A stretch of DNA of 64,000 bases from Candidatus Obscuribacteraceae bacterium (GTDB lineage: Bacteria > Cyanobacteriota > Vampirovibrionia > Obscuribacterales > Obscuribacteraceae): positions 210,601 through 274,600 of the forward strand of contig JBGAHS010000011.1 of NCBI GenBank assembly GCA_044226015.1, written 5' to 3'. The notes below the pieces were generated by a model. The model was not told the origin of the DNA and did no database searches. It saw nothing but the letters and a program-made list of their open reading frames with translations. Both the position numbers and the translations under genes were made by a program. Below, one piece after another: positions 59,010 through 64,000 of this stretch; the first letter of the stretch is position 1, and each line of letters starts with the position of its first letter.

Positions 59010-59468
59010 ATGCCAATTTCGATCAGAAAAAGAGCTGAAGAATGCTTCGGGGGCAATATCACTCCTCACTTTCAATTCCTTCCACAAAAAATACCCTCAG
59101 ATCTGGAAAGTCTATTTTTGACTTTACCGGACGAAGAGTGCATTGGAATTTACCGAAATCGGCCTGACGATGTTGACGGTATTCTAATCACCGGTTTGGG
59201 AATTCATCTTCCCTATGAAGACGTGTTTATTCGGTATACCGAGATTCAAAACATTGAATGGAAAAGCAGCAGTAAGAGAGACCTAGCGAATCTCGATAAT
59301 CGTGCGCTACTTCTGCATCTTGTTGATGGAAAAACTCATTTTGTCTCAATACAAGGTGATTGGTTTAGTAATGAACTGGAATGTGGTGGGCTTGATCTTG
59401 GAAATTTCCAACAATTCTTACAAAGTGCAAGAATTGTTGCCAGCATCAGAGTTAAAGAAAACTTGTAG
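59010..59468 (+). CDS. Hypothetical protein, candidate orphan immunity
   Basis: 152-aa ATG ORF in the toxin island. Confidence 0.55.
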   Translation: MPISIRKRAEECFGGNITPHFQFLPQKIPSDLESLFLTLPDEECIGIYRNRPDDVDGILITGLGIHLPYEDVFIRYTEIQNIEWKSSSKRDLANLDNRALLLHLVDGKTHFVSIQGDWFSNELECGGLDLGNFQQFLQSARIVASIRVKENL

Positions 59469-59616
59469 AAGCAGCCCTGTTAGCAAACCAATCCGGTTGA
59501 AGAGAACTGTGTAGGCAACACTTTTACTGAGCAGAAATAACAAGCAGTTTGCATTCAGCAGGCCATTCAAACGGGAAGGAAATATCTTGGCATACCCTAA
59601 GGAGGTGTCTGGAGAG

Positions 59617-60150
59617 ATGTATATGAATAGTAAAATGACACCGTATTGGAAGGACTTTAAGTCCTCGCCCAATGAGCAACTACTTCCAAGGGAGTTGCGA
59701 AATTTGTTAGATTCAAAATTTGTCGAAATGTATGGTTGCCGGTTATTGGACTCTATGATTCCTGAGCACCTAAAACCACAGAACGATGATGCAAAAGATT
59801 TTCCCGAAACTTTAAGAGCAAAATTTCAGGACAGGACAGGATTAGAACATTTTGTAAGCAAGACTCATATTGATGGATTCGTTCAGGAAGAACACTTCAA
59901 CTATGCAGTAACATTTCTGAGCGGTGTTTTTCAGTTGTTCAAAAAACAATTCTCAGACAACATACCTTTGCGTGGTATCATTAGCATCAGCGAAGGGACG
60001 CTCCCAGACTACATTTATTCCTGTTGTGTTGCCTATCATCTTAAACGAGACGATGAGTCTTGGTTAACACCTGATATTGAAGACGGCGGACTAGAAAACT
60101 ACGACGACGCCTTATTTGTCATGGACTCCGATGAGGATCCTATCCAGTAA
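59617..60150 (+). CDS. Hypothetical acidic protein, candidate orphan immunity
   Basis: GGAG RBS; YHLKRDDESWL..DIE..Y pattern; no toxin directly upstream. Confidence 0.6.
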   Translation: MYMNSKMTPYWKDFKSSPNEQLLPRELRNLLDSKFVEMYGCRLLDSMIPEHLKPQNDDAKDFPETLRAKFQDRTGLEHFVSKTHIDGFVQEEHFNYAVTFLSGVFQLFKKQFSDNIPLRGIISISEGTLPDYIYSCCVAYHLKRDDESWLTPDIEDGGLENYDDALFVMDSDEDPIQ

Positions 60151-60304
60151 GAAAAACACTGTCTCTTTAACAAGTCCCTAAGAACACACTTAATCACTGA
60201 AGGAGTCAAGGCTGTAGAGAGCACCAATGGCAGTGTCACCTCAACAAAGCAGTTTGTCTAGTCTTCTGAACTCCATAGCACCGGCTGCGGTATCAATTTG
60301 TGGA

Positions 60305-60904
60305 TTAAGACAATGGGATTGCAGGCTCAGATTCAGCACGTTCTCTTAGTGATTTGAGAAGCGCAGTAAACTCTGAGGGAGGACAAGAAGCAATCTCTCG
60401 CAAATCTCGCATTTGTCGATGGAGTTCAAGTTGAATCGATTTTTGCGAATTTACTATGGAGGTTGCATTGCGGCAAGTTATGTCTATCGCTAATTCCTCT
60501 TCAACGTATGACCAAATCGCTGCATGAACTCTTTTTGCAGCCCATACTGCGTTCTGAGGATCTGAATCCACCAAGCTCTCAAGTGTAAACGCTACTGCAG
60601 CAGCTGCATCCTCTGCAAAAGACCTATATTTTGACTGTTCTTCTTCTGCCGGGATATTTTGCTCCAAAATTTCAATAAATTCATTGCAGGTTGAATCCTC
60701 TACAACCGGGTCTGCAATTGCATTCCATCCATAATTCAATGCTTGATGAATTATTGTCGGGCTACCCACGCCAGTGTCATTGTGATATTTATCGTAGATG
60801 GGTACCAGACGAGTTGAACAAGCAGCCGCAAAAGCACTGCGCCATTTATCAGGTAGCTTAGCAAGAGCGCTAAAGAGCTCGTAATCTCGAAACTCAAAAA
60901 CCAT
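60305..60904 (-). CDS. DUF416/YjaG-like protein, candidate immunity for the deaminase-like tip
   Basis: W.SAFAAACSTRLVPIY...AL...W...AEDA.AA...ELHRQ.RDL pattern; directly downstream of cassette 4. Confidence 0.7.
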   Translation of the reverse strand: MVFEFRDYELFSALAKLPDKWRSAFAAACSTRLVPIYDKYHNDTGVGSPTIIHQALNYGWNAIADPVVEDSTCNEFIEILEQNIPAEEEQSKYRSFAEDAAAAVAFTLESLVDSDPQNAVWAAKRVHAAIWSYVEEELAIDITCRNATSIVNSQKSIQLELHRQMRDLREIASCPPSEFTALLKSLRERAESEPAIPLS

Positions 60905-60941
60905 GATAGCGGGCTCCAGTTTGGGATAAGTCTAACATATC

Positions 60942-62021
60942 TTACTTTTGCCAAAGCCTCGGATCCCAAGTTGCCGTCATGAGATCCGCTGAAAGTATCG
61001 CGCCTGTTGCTCGAAGGAGAATTTGGCATGTTGAACAAAATGGGCGGCTTGAGTGCAAGACAAGTGGCCTCAGTCCCAAGTTATTCGCGTTCCAAAGTAA
61101 CGTTGGTTCTGCGTCTCTGCCAGGTAATCTGACAGGAGTTGCACCAAGGCTATGGCAGGTGGTTTGCTGGTCTTTGTCTAGGTCAGTTTTTCCTCCAGCT
61201 ATCAAAGACTTTCCACCAATGGTGACCAGTCCACCGGTGGTTCTATGCGTTTGCGCCCGAGGATCGTTCATGTTTTGTACTTGGTTAACTATCTTGGCGG
61301 TCGCTGCCAAACCAACAATGGTTAGCCCAACTGGCACACTAGATGCCGTTGTTGCTGCCCCCGTTGTACCAACTCCCACTCCGGTTCCCACTGCTGCCGC
61401 TGCACCTATGGCAGCCCCAGGAGCTGCAAGAGATGGCAAACCGCTTCCGGTAGGAGTAATTTTAGGTTCAACCTTGATGTTCAGTGCTTCATCTGTTATA
61501 AGTCCCAAAGGATCAAGATTTGAAATCGGTTCGTTACCGGCATAAAAATACAAATTTACTCCTGAACTCTCTCCCAGCGGATCTCTGCTCAGCCAGCGGC
61601 CGAGGCTTGGGTTGTATTGGCGGAACCAGGTCAAAGCGAAATTCGTGCGAGAGTGCTGATAGATTCCGGTAAATCCAAAGACGGGTTTGAAGGTGCCTGA
61701 CAGTACAGACCTGTTTCCGTATGGGTCGAATCCAAATGCAGCTAGCACATTGCCACTACTATCGGTGACTTCGCGCACTGAACCGAGATGATCGAATGCG
61801 TAAAAATAATTCGAACCTGAGGTCGCTTGTCCCATTCCACAGAAGCGGCTTACTACGGCATTGCTGCTATCACGTTCTTCGCAGCGTTCAGAACCGCACC
61901 AGATAAAATTCTTTGTCGCATTACCGCTATAGCTCGGCGTGCTGCCGTTTTCCTGAATCTGAACGCACCTGTCCATCTGATCATACGAAAACTGCGTGTT
62001 ATCGCCTGTTCCTGGATAGGA
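60942..62021 (-). CDS. Orphan Rhs cassette 4: 5'-truncated core + deaminase-like toxin
   Basis: Core near-identical to the others, DPLGL; tip DAE...SRPFCSTC; the core is cut next to the IS3 remnant. Confidence 0.82.
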   Translation of the reverse strand, partial: SYPGTGDNTQFSYDQMDRCVQIQENGSTPSYSGNATKNFIWCGSERCEERDSSNAVVSRFCGMGQATSGSNYFYAFDHLGSVREVTDSSGNVLAAFGFDPYGNRSVLSGTFKPVFGFTGIYQHSRTNFALTWFRQYNPSLGRWLSRDPLGESSGVNLYFYAGNEPISNLDPLGLITDEALNIKVEPKITPTGSGLPSLAAPGAAIGAAAAVGTGVGVGTTGAATTASSVPVGLTIVGLAATAKIVNQVQNMNDPRAQTHRTTGGLVTIGGKSLIAGGKTDLDKDQQTTCHSLGATPVRLPGRDAEPTLLWNANNLGLRPLVLHSSRPFCSTCQILLRATGAILSADLMTATWDPRLWQK

Positions 62022-62034
62022 ATCGGTGCACACA

Positions 62035-62488
62035 CGTAAATCTATTTTCCCGAAAGGTAATTGGACAATCTATGTCTTCAAGAATGACTGTAGATTATGG
62101 AGCGATGCTCTCAGAACGGAGTTCTCTGTCAAAAGAAGGCACCACTTATGGTGCATTCAGATCGCGGAAGGCAATACGCAAGCGAAGCTTTTCGCAAAGA
62201 ACTAGCAAAACATCGCTGCATGGTATGAGTAAGAAGGGCGACTGTCGGGATAGCGCCGTTGCAGAAAGCTTCTTCGGTACGCTAAAACAGAACTTGTTCA
62301 GCATGAGAAATGCAAGACGAGAGATGAAGCTCGTCTGAGCACTTTCGATTACATAGAAACGTTCTGTAATAGGAAAAGATTACACTCTCATTTGAACTAC
62401 CTCCCACCGGAGGAGTTCGAAAAGAGCATGGAAACGGCTTCATGGCGACTCGCTCTAAATTACTGTCCGTTGAAATGGGTAAGGTTCA
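62035..62488 (+). mobile_element. Degenerate IS3-family transposase (OrfB 3' part) with right terminal repeat
   Basis: Across frameshifts: LFSRKVIG, HSDRG.QY.S, MSKKGDC.D.AVAESFFGTLK, YIE.F.N..RLHS.LNY..P.EFE; end CTGTCCGTTGAAATGGGTAAGGTTCA. Confidence 0.85.
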
Positions 62489-62526
62489 CTTTGCCGACCA
62501 CGTCTCTGGCGGACGAATACTGAAAT

Positions 62527-63051
62527 TCATTTTGATCTCTTCAAGTCAGTACTTGTTGGTGCATCAATGCTAGAGTTTAGACGCAACCCTTTGTCTAGTA
62601 ATTCTGCAGCCTCCCTTCCTACAAAGGTTTGTTTGATTCTTGAATATCTTTTTCGAATCTCCTTTAAGAAGGTTTTGTATAGATCGACGGCTTCTTTGTC
62701 TGGGTTCATTGCTGTAGCAATTTCCGATCTGATTATGATCTCATTCAGAAATAATCCTCCTAAGTTGACTTTCAGGGCCTTCGGATTGTTTACCAGGCTT
62801 GCAAAATATTGATTCGCATTTTTAAGTGGCTCTGCCACAACATTTGTGTTGTCGTAAACGATTAAATAAAATGGATTTAGACTGTCGACACCAGCTTGGG
62901 GCTCCCCAATGTTCTCCAAGTTGGTGCGAGGCGGCTCGCTGTTGTCGACAAATCCGAATGGATAAAATGCCAACGGAGCATTAACTTCTACTGCTTTGAA
63001 AAGTTCAACTAGGTCTTGTTTAGTCCCATAGAAATAGACTCTGTAACTCAT
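62527..63051 (-). CDS. Candidate immunity protein for the cassette 5 tip
   Basis: 174-aa soluble ORF 28 bp downstream of the tip. Confidence 0.65.
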   Translation of the reverse strand: MSYRVYFYGTKQDLVELFKAVEVNAPLAFYPFGFVDNSEPPRTNLENIGEPQAGVDSLNPFYLIVYDNTNVVAEPLKNANQYFASLVNNPKALKVNLGGLFLNEIIIRSEIATAMNPDKEAVDLYKTFLKEIRKRYSRIKQTFVGREAAELLDKGLRLNSSIDAPTSTDLKRSK

Positions 63052-63079
63052 GCTTTTCTTTAGTCCCTTCTTAGATGTT

Positions 63080-64000
63080 TCATTTCTGCATCCACCCCTT
63101 TGGCACCATCATCCATATCTCATTCGGTCGCAGTTTTTTACCTCTGTTAAACTTGTCTATTTCTCTTTGCGTCGGTCGCCCATTTGAACCAATGCTCACT
63201 ACCTCAATGTTTAATATCCTATTACCTTTGACAGCGCGTATATCTGGAGAAACTGATCCTTTGACTCCACCGCAAGCTCCTTGGATGTAGTATTGTTTGT
63301 CGACGTCAGCCCCATTTGTAACTTTCCAACCGGCATCCGTCAATTCCTTTGCAATTTCAGTTTCTTGTTGACGAGTAAATTCATTTCCTGCTCTTCCTCT
63401 GCCTAAACCAAATGAGTTAATTCCTGCTGCGAGTCCTGTAAATCCTGCAGCAATGCTGCCCCAAACTCCTGCTTGAGCCACGGTGGTGCCCGTCGCTGCT
63501 ACAGTAGTGGTTCCAGTTGCAGCTACAGCCGTAGTGCTTGAGGTGGCCACTGCCGTTGAAGTCGTAGCGAGCCCCGTTGCTTCTACAACCGTAGAAGCTT
63601 CGACAATGGTAGCGCCTCCCTCCAAGATTTCAATTATTACCGGAATAATCCAAGCCATTAATCCGCTTCTATCGGTTAAAGAAATTGGATTCATTCCGAC
63701 ATAAGCATAGAGATTTGAACCTCCTCGCATTCCAATTGGATCTCTGCTCAGCCAGCGACCCAGGCTTGGGTTATATTGCCTGAACCAAGTCAATGCGAGA
63801 TTCGTGCGTGAGTGCTGATAGATTCCGGTAAATCCAAAGGCGGGCTTGAAGGTGCCTGACAGTACAGACCTGTTTCCGTATGGGTCGAATCCAAATGCAG
63901 CTAGCACATTGCCACTACTGTCGGTGACTTCTCGCACTGAACCGAGATGATCGAATGCGTAAAAATAATTCGAACCTGAGGTCGCTTGCCCCAGTCCACA
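63080..64000 (-). CDS. Rhs copy 5 (runs off window end): core + PD-(D/E)xK nuclease-like toxin
   Basis: Core near-identical to the others, DRSGL; tip SPDI.A......IEV....G.PT.RE; frame open to the window edge. Confidence 0.85.
   Translation of the reverse strand, partial: CGLGQATSGSNYFYAFDHLGSVREVTDSSGNVLAAFGFDPYGNRSVLSGTFKPAFGFTGIYQHSRTNLALTWFRQYNPSLGRWLSRDPIGMRGGSNLYAYVGMNPISLTDRSGLMAWIIPVIIEILEGGATIVEASTVVEATGLATTSTAVATSSTTAVAATGTTTVAATGTTVAQAGVWGSIAAGFTGLAAGINSFGLGRGRAGNEFTRQQETEIAKELTDAGWKVTNGADVDKQYYIQGACGGVKGSVSPDIRAVKGNRILNIEVVSIGSNGRPTQREIDKFNRGKKLRPNEIWMMVPKGWMQK

Noticed and set aside
60979..61545. 188-aa plus-strand ORF
   Set aside because: Antisense shadow of the cassette 4 tip.
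52920..64000. Diversity-generating retroelement (template/variable repeat) explanation for the core repeats
   Set aside because: Differences between copies are not adenine-specific by eye, and no reverse transcriptase is in the window.

Overview
Bacterial chromosomal window. The rimP-nusA-ylxR-infB-rbfA-truB order, long Pro/Ala-rich IF2, ybeY-dgkA pair and many TPR/kinase genes suggest a non-photosynthetic cyanobacterial relative (Melainabacteria/Obscuribacterales-like; inference, not verified). 1-17.4 kb is mostly housekeeping (thrS 5' part, mnmE, HU with a Lys/Ala tail, a four-gene two-component cluster, the translation operon). 17.4-49.2 kb holds accessory genes: a HExxH protein plus a motif-less paralogue, an RND/MFP/TolC pump between paralogous TPR genes, a FecCD-type ABC pair, cysteine desulfurase, SRAP, an SSS permease, NagZ, a membrane pseudokinase, TPR proteins and an S53 peptidase. 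Four short tandem-repeat arrays sit just 3' of stop codons. From about 49.6 kb to the end lies a polymorphic-toxin island: five near-identical ~0.6 kb Rhs core-tip copies (three on +, two on -), each with a different C-terminus (JAB-like, colicin M-like, unknown/frameshifted, deaminase-like, PD-(D/E)xK-like). The island also holds core-less tips (Tlde1-like), candidate immunity genes, a 193-bp inverted repeat and an IS3 remnant. The best novel-system candidate is this bidirectional Rhs cassette array, which could switch toxins by inversion without losing cassettes. All domain calls come from motif recognition by eye; no searches were run.
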